From Geosiphon pyriformis uo1 (taxonomy: Eukaryota > Fungi > Glomeromycota): a stretch of DNA of 64,000 bases. Location: contig JAAOMT010000436.1 of assembly GCA_016748015.1 (NCBI GenBank), positions 1,362,847 through 1,426,846 of the forward strand, written 5' to 3'. Numbering within the stretch: the stretch's first letter is position 1; each line of letters starts with the position of its first letter. The notes beneath the pieces are model-generated. The model worked only from the letters and a program-made list of their open reading frames with translations. It searched no databases and was not told where the DNA came from. Below are positions 24,436 to 35,000 of the stretch, piece after piece. The translations under genes were made by a program, and so were the position numbers.

Positions 24436-26231
24436 TGAGAAGGGGATTGGAAGTTCGCACCACCAGTCAAAGCCAGACTATCAAAACGAGCAGACAAGAT
24501 CAACACAGATTTGGAGAGGCCCTCCAACATACTTTCCAACTTGACAACATGGGGGGACGTGGATGAGTCCACAATCGTGGCAGACTCAAGGCTATCAGCC
24601 ATATTCAAGTCCATATCCAATGTCACATCACTTTCCGAATTCTGTGGTGGGGCGACCACCGGCAGCCGGCATCCGTGACCAGGCTGGGGAACCACCAGCA
24701 CAAGCAAATCTAACCTCTTGGCCAACCCATCAATTTGTTTTGCAAGACTGATGAGACCATCCTCGATACTGACCAGTCTTTTTTCCAGATCTTTTGCAAC
24801 AGAAGGGGTAGGTTTACCATTGACGATAGAACCAAAACTTGCCTTACCACCAGAGATAGATGGAGCAGAGGGAACGCTAACCACCGACGCCCAAGTTTTA
24901 CCACCAAAAGCCAAAGGACGAGAGATAGGCGCAGATCTTTTTGCATAAATTTTCGCCAACCTGGATTGGTCCAGAACCGAAAGGTGAGCCTTTCTGCCTC
25001 TTGCAAACTCAGCACTCTTGACTGTTCTGCAACCAAGAGAAGTATGACCAAATTTCTTACAAACTGCACATGAAGCTAAAAAAAGACGGGACCAACGGAG
25101 ACCAAAGCTCTTTATAACTGGAGTCGTTGCCATTGCATTAATTAATTCCACTTCCAAGCTAAAACACACAGTGGCACAGCGGGCACGAGAATAACTGACG
25201 GGATTGCGATCGATGAAGCAGGTTTTCCCACCAATAGAACCAATAAAATCCCACAAATCATGAGCAGTGGTTCCCATGGGAAGAGTATATAGCAAAGCCC
25301 TAAAATTATCTCTGGCATCCTATGATTGTTTGTCGATATCAGCCCTGGCCACCCAAATCGCGTTCTTCCCAATTAGGATAGACCACTTAGAGGCCAGAAA
25401 ATCAGCCTGGTCTTGATCTTCCAATTCGATGACCGCCTTTTGCCATAAACCCATCAGCTGCATTTTGATCGACTTAATGATGCCAAATTCGGCCACAGCC
25501 GCACGCACAGCCTCCAAAGATGTTCCCACAGGAATTTCTTTCAGCACAATAGCCCGATTTGTATGATTGTTGACAGGGTGCTTGAGATCGGTGTTTACCA
25601 CAACACCACAGTCATTAGCCAGATTAGCTGCAGTCATCATCGCCTCTTCAGAAGTGAAAGTAGCCCGAATGATTCCACCAAATTTTGAGGGAGTAGAGGC
25701 CCCCCCAAAACCATTTACACCTGAAAAGATTTTCCTAACAAAATTGACTTTTTCCTGAGAGGATTTACCCACCACCGCCACCAGATCAATATCCAAAGCG
25801 AAAGACTTGCAAACAGGCACCTGAACGGACGGCTTGACTGGAAAAGGAGGCAGGAGAAGAAGAAATTCATCCAACACATCACCATCTACATTGACAGCAC
25901 CATAATCAATCACACCCAATGGCTTCCCTAATACCTTTTTGGTCTTTACACACAAACCTTTAGGTGTTTAATCAGGATCCCCTCCCGTGAAAAAACCACC
26001 ATCACCATAGTCCACACTGGTTTTTTCCACCAAGCATTCTTCCTCCATGTCAATACTCTCAGATTCCGTAGTGTTACCAGTCTCCGAACTCCATGAACAA
26101 ACACCAGGAACTTCAGCAGCAACCCTTCCATTATCAACACCCTCTGCCAACACGCCTCCCTTCCTCTTTTTCCTTGAAGCAACCGCTTTAAAACCACTCT
26201 CAGAACCCGAAACTTTAGCAGTCTTTTTCAT
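24432..26231 (-). pseudogene. LINE A ORF1 (RRM-like region, CCHC knuckle, coiled coil), 2 in-frame stops
   Basis: AIVLKEIPVGT...EFGIIKSIKM (RRM-like) and CAVCKKFGHTSLGC. The stop codon overlaps the ORF2 start (ATGA). Confidence 0.88.
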
Positions 26232-28730
26232 AACAGCGATAACAGAGCCAACAGTGGCCTCGTAATCGAAAAACAGTTTTGATTTATCGTACTGAATGGT
26301 AAAAAAAAAAAAAACTCCTTTCGAAAAAAACTTTTGACTCTTTTTTGGGAATTTTGGACAAAGAAGAGAAAGAAGTTTTTTATTTTGTCTTTTTCTATAA
26401 TTTACACAAATTACTATTAAAGTTATTTAAAATATTAATAGTCATGAAATTAGTAAATGCTTTAATTATAATAATAAAAATACTAAGTTTTTTTGTTTTT
26501 TTGCTTATATTTTTGAAAATAAATATTAGCAAGAACTAATTTTTTTAATATTAAAGCAGATATTTGTATTGGTTTTTTTTTGTTTAAGACTTCAACAAAC
26601 AAAATTGGTTTTATTACTTTAAAAAAATTGGGTTTGATAAAAATATTTATGAAATAAAAGAAAATAGGGAAAATAATATAAAATATTTTGCAAAAAATTT
26701 TATGTTTTTATTACAATAAAAAAATTTATAAAAAAAAGATTATATTATTTAATTATTTAATTTTTATATATATATTTAAAATTGTATAAAATAAATATAG
26801 TTTTAACAATATTATAATACTTTTTTGGACAAATTTGTTTATATTTTACTTTTTAAACAATTATTTTTTTATTTTTAATTAATTTTAAATATTTCATATT
26901 AATTAACTAAACAGTTTATGATATTTGTTAACTTTTAACATTTATATATATGTATTTTTTGTTTATTAATTTGTTAAGTATTAACATTAATAAAAAGACA
27001 ACATTCTTATTTTCTTGGCTTAATATTATTTTTTTAAATAATATGTATAAAAAATTATTGCTAAATATTATCAATATAGTCTTGATTGTAATTGTCATGA
27101 AATATTTTTAATATAACATTAATATTACTGTTATATTATTAACAAAGCCTTTGTAAGAATTAGGTTGTTTGCTTTACCAGTTTTTGATTTTAAAAAAGTG
27201 GTATCTCATAAATGTCTGGGATTTTTTAATCGATTATTTCTTTTTGAATGTGAAAAGTGTCAAATGCTTACTTGTAAGTGCTACAAGGAAGAACATTTAA
27301 CACACATTCAAGAGATGGTGGTAACTAGAATTATGTGGAGATGGAATTTTTAAATCATTGAAACATTGAAGAATGTAAAAAGCAAGTTGTTTCAAAGACA
27401 ACAAAGACTTTGCAAGATTGATAAAAATTTGGAAAGTTGATAAAAGATATGATTAGGAATTTTATTCAAGCAAATAATTTCCTCAAGCCCTTTGCATAAA
27501 AAATTGGGATTGTTCATGGCAAACTTTTGATTTTTACGCCCTTTGATTTGCCCTTTGACACCATCAATATACCGTTTCGCTAAATAAAATAGTGGGCAAT
27601 CACATGATAAAAAAGCCTCATGATAATGGAGAATAAAATTTAGGTCGCGATTTTTGATTGTAACCCAATTTGTAAAAAACTGATGGGCACGCTTATGCTT
27701 TATAATATCATTGACCTAAATTTGTACTTATACTTCAACATAAACGTTAAAAAAAAGAAATTTTATATATAAAGGAGGATTGCTCGTTTCAAAAAGAAAA
27801 AATTAGAATAAGTGGAAATACCTACCGAATTTTCTTGAAACTGAGTACAAATATTTCATATTTTGGTACATTACCTTGCATTTTTTTCGTTTACATTACA
27901 TTACATTATTTGAATAATGGCTTCTGTGAGGATAACAATCGTGTTACCCTTACAATGGTGATGAAAATCCCAATAAACCAATCTCAGGTATTTCTTGGCA
28001 TTGTCCATCAAAATTGAGCACTGTGCAACCGAATCCAACAGATTTTCAATGGCGGATCTTAAGAACCTTGCTTGATTTAATAACTTTAACAAAATATGGT
28101 TGTCTCGATACATGAACCAGAAAATTTCGAAAATCTCTATCTTCTATTCTTCTAGCGATTCCATAGAATTTTCTAAAGGTCCAGAGAAATAATAAGAAAC
28201 CAATAAATTATATTCAAATATTCCGGATTTATTAGGGTGCAGATTTATGGATATCAAAAAATAACAAAGATATATTTGGAATACACCTTTAGGTTCTAAC
28301 CTTTACTTGTGATGAGGAATTTCAAGAAAATATAAATGCGGCAATTTCCCAGATAAGGAAAGATTGTATTGGTGAAAATATTTGAGTAAGAAGTGATCTG
28401 ACTATTTACAGTAATTACATTGCGTGTCAAAAAGTAGAATATATATGGCTTTTAAATTTTGTCTAATTTAGTTAAGGATTCATAAAAAGGTGACTCATTG
28501 ACGTTTTATAATAAATGAAAGCAATAAGTCATTTCAGTCAACAGCTCTAAGGAGTGAAAGTAGGGATTCAAGAGCTTTGGTGGTTTCAATCTAAGGACAT
28601 GAACATCCAGATTCTTTGAAGCTCTTTATAGAATTTGCATTCTTAATCCATATCTAACGATGATAGTTGTTCGTGGAAAAGTGAATGATTCTTTAATCAT
28701 TATCACTAAAGTGATTTAATAAAATTCTTT

Positions 28731-29813
28731 TTAATCGATAATTTGGGGTCCTTCACCAAGTGCAGCCTTCCCAATCGCTATAGTCTGACATTTTTCGCTA
28801 TCCTCGCCAGATGTTTGATCTTGGCGTTCTTTTGGCGGAATGAGCCCACTAGCTAATTCCCGTTTTACTAAACGCTCATATGCTTCACTTAATTGCTGTT
28901 CCAATTGACGAACTCTAGCATCTTTCTCAATACTTTTCTCTCGTAATGATGTCTTTTCACTTTCTAAAACAGCAACACGAGTTTGTAAGCGTGAGTTTTC
29001 AGTTTTCAATTCTGAAATTTCTTGTTCAAGTGATTCCATTTTTTGAGCTTTACGTAATCGGGATCTACGAGCCGCTTCAGTATTTTTCATACGTTTAATA
29101 GCAATTTCATCTTCTAGAGACATAGGGACACTATTGTCATCTGTCACATTGGTTGAAGAGCGCTTACGACCACGACTGTTACTAACACTTGGTCCACTAC
29201 TAACAGCTATAGGCAAATGGCCGGTTGATGGTGAGGCTATTGTAGATGGAGCGGTAGTGATTGAAGTATCGCTATTAGCTGGACTTGAAGCAACTACCAA
29301 GCTTTCTAAAGACACTGGATTAGAAGCGATGAAAGAAAGCGCTAATTTGGAGGAACCGGGATTTGTGGTATTTATTGGAGCGACGGAGGAGGTTGGTGGA
29401 TGACTCAAAACTTTGTTCTCGTTTATTGTGGCTGACTTTAGACTGCTAGCAAAGGTTTCAAAAGGAGGGGGACTACCAGTGGATTTGAACAAAATTGGTT
29501 CCCCAATTGAGCCATTGTGGGTCGGTAATATGGGTGAATTTGAACCTTCTGAGCCTGTCAATAATCTGGTATCACCAGTGTCCGAGGATTGATGGGCTCC
29601 ATTATTATTGTTTTGAGGCGGGTTCGCGGTTGTCATAGCAGCAATCGCTGCCAGTGCGGCAAGATTGGATGAAGTATCCGTGCTACTACTACCGGGAATG
29701 GAGTCGAGCACCAGGTTAGTTTTAGAGTTGACTGCAGGTGATGTGGGTTGTTTGGTTTTGGTTTGTGGTATTTTCTTTTTGGTTTCCGAACTTGTTCTCT
29801 TAGCGGTGATCAT
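28731..29813 (-). CDS. bZIP transcription factor, GCN4/CPC1(CpcA)-like basic region, intronless CDS
   Basis: KRMKNTEAARRSRLRK (GCN4: KRARNTEAARRSRARK) followed by a long leucine zipper. S/T/P-rich N-terminus. Confidence 0.88.
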   Translation of the reverse strand: MITAKRTSSETKKKIPQTKTKQPTSPAVNSKTNLVLDSIPGSSSTDTSSNLAALAAIAAMTTANPPQNNNNGAHQSSDTGDTRLLTGSEGSNSPILPTHNGSIGEPILFKSTGSPPPFETFASSLKSATINENKVLSHPPTSSVAPINTTNPGSSKLALSFIASNPVSLESLVVASSPANSDTSITTAPSTIASPSTGHLPIAVSSGPSVSNSRGRKRSSTNVTDDNSVPMSLEDEIAIKRMKNTEAARRSRLRKAQKMESLEQEISELKTENSRLQTRVAVLESEKTSLREKSIEKDARVRQLEQQLSEAYERLVKRELASGLIPPKERQDQTSGEDSEKCQTIAIGKAALGEGPQIID

Positions 29814-29968
29814 AGCTCAAAAAGCTGCTATAAAACAGGAGCGTTGACTAGAGGGGTTGAAATAAAATTAAAACAATTTTTCTTAAAAATGACCTCTCGA
29901 GAAAATTTGACCGAGAGAATATTTCAAGCTAGCAAGGAAGTTTAGAAATACTCTTGCTCAAATCGTTG

Positions 29969-30011
29969 ATTGGCTTAAACATGTTTGCATCAATTATGAA
30001 AAGATGACTCA
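29969..30011. promoter_or_regulatory. CCAAT box (29969-29973, - strand) and GCRE/AP-1 site TGACTCA (30005-30011) in the divergent bZIP/hydrolase promoter
   Basis: Exact motif matches 155-200 bp upstream of the bZIP ATG. Confidence 0.45.
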
Positions 30012-30206
30012 CGATCCTGAATAATAATGATGCGTGCGACGAAGTTCAGCTTCTTGTGTGCCCACAATTATCATCTCCAGCTATTAAGAGTGACAAAGAA
30101 TGACAAATCCAAATGATAGCAGATAATGCAGGGTCTGCATTGGTCTATCTAAAGGGATTCCAAGATTCTTAAAGAAAACTATCTGTCACATTTTTTACGG
30201 GAGATC

Positions 30207-31594
30207 ATGCTCCAAATTCTAAGAATATCCTTTTCTCGAATAGTTTACCATAAAATTTTCCTACTCTCTCCAATTTTAATCAAATATTCAAGAGAAATTT
30301 CTTTTCTTGGTCAGGGAAAAGAGCAGCTTCTGAAAAAGACTTATTTTTCAAAATCAGTAAAGAATTGGAAAAGTAATGCTTCACTTATCACCTATATGAG
30401 AAATTCGCTCTATTTTAATCACAATGAAGCTCCCTTACAATTTTCGTTTTGGAAACTTGGTTTGATTTTTTTTGGAGTACCTTTAGCGATATACATCTAT
30501 AAAGTTTGTCTTTTAATTATGTTCAGCGTTCTTTTGTTTCTCCACTTTTAACTCATGATTCATTAAGCTGCTATTTACATCATTAAAAAATTGTAGTGCA
30601 CCATGTTATTACTTTTTCAGAACAAATTAGTATATATGCCATATATACCTCTTGGAAGTCGTCGAGAGCAATTTGATGAAAAAAGTATCGACAACAGAAT
30701 TTTTTGTCATATGATAAACTTTAAGGCAAAAGATGGGTGCAATCTTGCAGGAATAATAGCTCGCGCTAAAAGACCAGATGTTCCCAATACCTTTATGAAG
30801 ACTAATGTGTTGAAAATGTGTACTGAAGATATTCATCCAATAATAATATATTTCCAAGGGTATTATGACCTATCTTATCGTACCATTCTATCTTTTCTTT
30901 CACCATACACTTGAGCATTCGAGATAAATTTTTTCCAAATAGCAATGCGGGAAACACAATTCTCAGATTGCCTTTATTTCAACGCATACTCCTTTCCCCT
31001 ACAACAAAAAATGACGTAGCCAATTTGACTATTGTGGCCCCAAGTTATCGAGGTTACTGGCTTTCAAGTGGTCGTCCATCTGAGCAAGGGCTTAAACAAG
31101 ATGCTCTTGGTATATTTGATTATGTTCAACATCATTATCCAAAGAATCCCATCTACTTATATGGCCACTCATTGGGAGGCTGTGTTACAATCTATCTGGC
31201 CTCACAACCACATGTTCAAGATAAAATACGAGGGATTATTCTTGAGAACACGTTCACTTCCATCCATGACATGATAGTAACCCTCTATCCTCAGAAATGG
31301 TTGCCATATCGATATTTGGCAAATGTTTCATTTCTCATTCGCAACAAATGGGATAATGCTTTTTTGATCCAAGAAATCCAAACACCGCTCTTATTTCTAT
31401 CATCACGAAATGATGAAGTTGTGCCACAAGAACAAATGCTTAAGTTACGCGATCTTGCTAAGAAATGCAATAAAAAAATCTGGGTAGAATTTGAGAAAGG
31501 TTTACATATGGATACATTCTTGCAAAATGGTTATACCGAAGCAATCAAAAATTTTATAAAAGAAACTTCCAATTGCAATTTTCATCGAAAATGA
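30207..31594 (+). CDS. ABHD13/BEM46-like alpha/beta hydrolase, 3 exons: 30207-30503, 30597-30859, 30943-31594
   Basis: Spliced product gives TM-YKCTMLLLFQNKLVYMP, YFQGNAGN, SYRGYWLSSGRPSEQGL, nucleophile GHSLGG, ENTFTS, DEVVP and a catalytic His (GLHMD). The start codon is uncertain. Confidence 0.88.
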
Positions 31595-32071
31595 TACAAG
31601 TCTTGTAAAGCAACTCTTAAGGTTTTGAATGGTTAATGGGTGTTACTGTCAATATTTTAACAACAGCTTTCCTATTACAGTTTGTTATCATTGGGCATAT
31701 TACCTTGAATGGTAGTTTATGAGCCAGCAATAAGAAGTATAAACGAAAATATGGCAGCAATGAAATTGGTAATGATAGTATTACTTATTCCATAACATAT
31801 TAATGAGTCAGTTTAAATATTATTGGAAGTTTTAGCTTCAAAATATGTAAAAATACTAAAATTAATAGCTAATCAATTTTAAAATATTAATTTTAAAGAG
31901 TTAATAATTTAAGAATTTGGATTTTTAAAGTAATTTTATTAAATTGATTTGTAAGAATTATGTGTTGGTTTTAAGATAAAATATCTAATATAAGATTCTA
32001 AAAAAAAAAAGCTTTTTTTTTATCTAACTTATTATAGTATTATCTTATAATTTAACACTTTTTTTTTCATA

Positions 32072-35000
32072 TTTTTTTTTTTTTTTTTATTACATTTAAC
32101 GAGTGAGATTTAAACGCGACCTAGGACTATACATCATATAAATGATCTAAACTAGGAGTGAATCATGCTTTTTCTACACGTGACCAGTCACTCAGGCCGA
32201 TCAGAACAACACTATGCATCTATTTTAACAGAAACAAAATCCCTTATACCTGAGAAAAACAAACAAGGTTTATGAAAACCGAAACCAATACCAAAAGCCT
32301 TAATGACACCCAACAACCTGATCACACTAGCTGAAAGCACCGTAGATAAACCAGAAACCAGGACAGGAATGGAACCATCATGAGGAATAAGTCTATTCCT
32401 CTTCATAAAAGCTTAGTGTTTGGCATGAACCAGCCAAAATTTATTATAAAATGTGGAGCAAAACTCATGCACAAAACACACAATATTCAAAGCCACAACC
32501 TTAGCATCCTTAAAGACCGAAAAGAATTCACAGTACCAATCATCGAAAACAAAACCCTTATACAGAGTAGTACTAATTGTAGCATCGGAAAAACAAGAGG
32601 CCAACAGTTGCAAGACACACGAAGTAGATTGAGAGAGACCAGACCGCGTTTCCTAAAAAGATGCATAACCATCCAACAACCAAGCATAACCAGCAGCATC
32701 AAAAGAACAAATGAAGACATGGTCTGAGAATTTTACATCACCACAGAACAAACACACCACACTGGGGTAGCACCTATTATACAAATGCTTACGCACAGTG
32801 ACAGAAAGCTGATGATGGGAAGATTTCATAAAGTATGTCTGAAGGCCAACAGTACGTGCACTAGTAAAACCAGCAGCCAAGTGAGAATCAGGATGCCAAA
32901 CCAAAAAAGACTTAGACCAGTCAACACCATTGTGCAAACCAGCCACCAAGACCCAGAAACCAGAACCAACCTCCCAACGTGTATGAAGAATAGACCAAAA
33001 CACATCATGAACAAAGTGCCTAGAATTTCCAGAAACCTTATTGCCCCCAGCTCTCAAAAAATGTTTACTGACCAAATGGGGCAAATGCCAAGTAGAGAGT
33101 GCTGCATTCTTAGCAAGCTCATCTGCACGCTTATTGCCTGAAATGCCCAAATGACCCTTAATTTTAATCCAATTCACAGTTAAATTCTTACGATGAATTA
33201 CATTAGCAATATGGCAACACTCTATCCAACAATAATTCCTGAAGTCTGGACAAGCCAATAATGATTCTGACTTACACGCATCCAAAACAACTTGGCTATC
33301 TGAGAACAAATCAACCACATGAGAAGAAAGAACACACTCAAGAGCCAAAGCAATGGCCTGCAATTCAGACAAAGTAAAAGAAACCAAACCAGACACCCCC
33401 ACACCTAAACCAGAATTAATGTCCTCAAAAAAGACCACAGCCTCAGCTTTCATGGCAACAGTTCCCAAACCATTCAGAGACCTATTCGTGTACACAGAAA
33501 GGCGAGCAGTGTCAGTAGTTGACAAATTGTCACAGATAACACCAAAATCATGAGATTAACGAACATCAGACAGAGTAGAATTTTTCACAAGAGAAGAGCA
33601 CACTGGAGAAGAAGCAACACCACTAAAAAAACACATAGAAAGATCAAACCAAAAAGGAATCGGGCCATGGGGGTTCAACCTTTTCCAATGCTTGAATATC
33701 TGCCAACTGAAAACAACACCATTTTAATCGTGTAATTGTTCTACAAAAGTGATACCATATTGCTTAAGTGAAGAGACACATTTTAGAAAATTGATTTCAC
33801 CAAGAATGAGAGACATAAGAGTACCACCTTGACAATAAAAAGCACAGGTCAGAGACCCGCCCAGAGACAGATCACATCCAGAGAAAATACAAACCACACC
33901 TGCTAAGAAATTATTTGAAGAATTGACACTAACACAAGCTGGAAACAGCAAGGGGTGACAAAGACGCCAGCTGAGAATCTGGAGGTTGTGAGACCTGTGA
34001 GAAAATAAGTGGCCCAAAATACCAACTGAATTCGCAAAAGCAATGATGGAGGCCAATTTGCTTTCTGCCTAAATTTGTTCAAAAGTCTTCAAACCATACA
34101 AAGAAAGATAATGAAGTGCACCATTGGAGAAATCAAGCAGCAGCTTAGACTTAAACTTCAAGCCTTTGCAAATCAGAGCATTTCATTTATTACACACACT
34201 AATAGGAACAAAACTGAACTAAGTCCTGTAGCTAATGATAGAGAACAGAACAGCAGAAGCCAAATAACTAAATTGTTTATCCGAGATGGCTTTTTTCAGA
34301 ACAAGGTTGACAAAAAATCGGACGTTCGAGTGGGTCTTGGCCAAGCTGGGCACCAAAAGACCATTAGAAGACAAAAAAATTCCAAGATAACAATAAGGTT
34401 CACCCTTTTTGGCTATGAAAATAGGCAAGTCACTGACAGTTAGGTAAGGGGTCTCAACCCAGCAGTTGATAGAAATAGCCATGGTTTTGTCATTGTTAAT
34501 TGAAATGTCATTAATCCTGAAGAACTCACTAGCAACATCCAAAATGTGTTGTGTAGTGGCCTGGCTGCTAGCAACCCAAATGGTATCATCAACAAAAGCA
34601 CTAGTAGCAAAAAATAATGTCAACCCAGCCTAAGATTCTACACAGCCAGTACTGGAAACAAAATGTGAATTCAACCTGTAACCATATACCTCCCCTTGCC
34701 TCTTGACCTTACACATGAGTGAATCATAAAATATGTGCCAGAGAAGCAGTGAGAAAACTTCACCCTGATCCAAACTATCATGAACCACATATCCACTAGT
34801 TAAGCCAAAATTTGTTATCACTCTGTTCCTGTAATTATTGTGGATGCTACCAAAAAATTTAATGAACCTGTTACACATTTTAATCCTGATCAAACACCTC
34901 TCGAGATGTTTTCAACCAACCAAATCATATCCTTTGTGCATGTTTTGTAAAACCAGCCACAGCTTTCTGTTTTTCTCCAAGGCATCTTCGACCACAGAAC

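Larger units (their letters stand above)
19613..26392 (-). mobile_element. Full-length non-LTR retrotransposon (LINE copy A; ORF1 + APE-RT-RNaseH-ZnF ORF2), inactivated
   Basis: Poly(A) tail seen as poly-T at 19613-19625. Probable TSD TTCTATAA at 19605-19612 and 26393-26400. The 5' motif AAACTTCTTTCTCT...AAATTCC..AAAA.GAGTCAAA is shared with copy C. Confidence 0.95.

Noticed and set aside
19747-26231. Alternative genetic code or programmed readthrough explaining the in-frame stops
   Set aside because: The stops are of all three types, differ between copies and replace W/Q/R codons. Host genes use the standard code.
29929-29990. Two short upstream ORFs on the - strand (ATG at 29982 and 29990) as GCN4-type uORFs
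   Set aside because: They start upstream of the CCAAT box and so are probably outside the transcript. They cannot be supported without a TSS.
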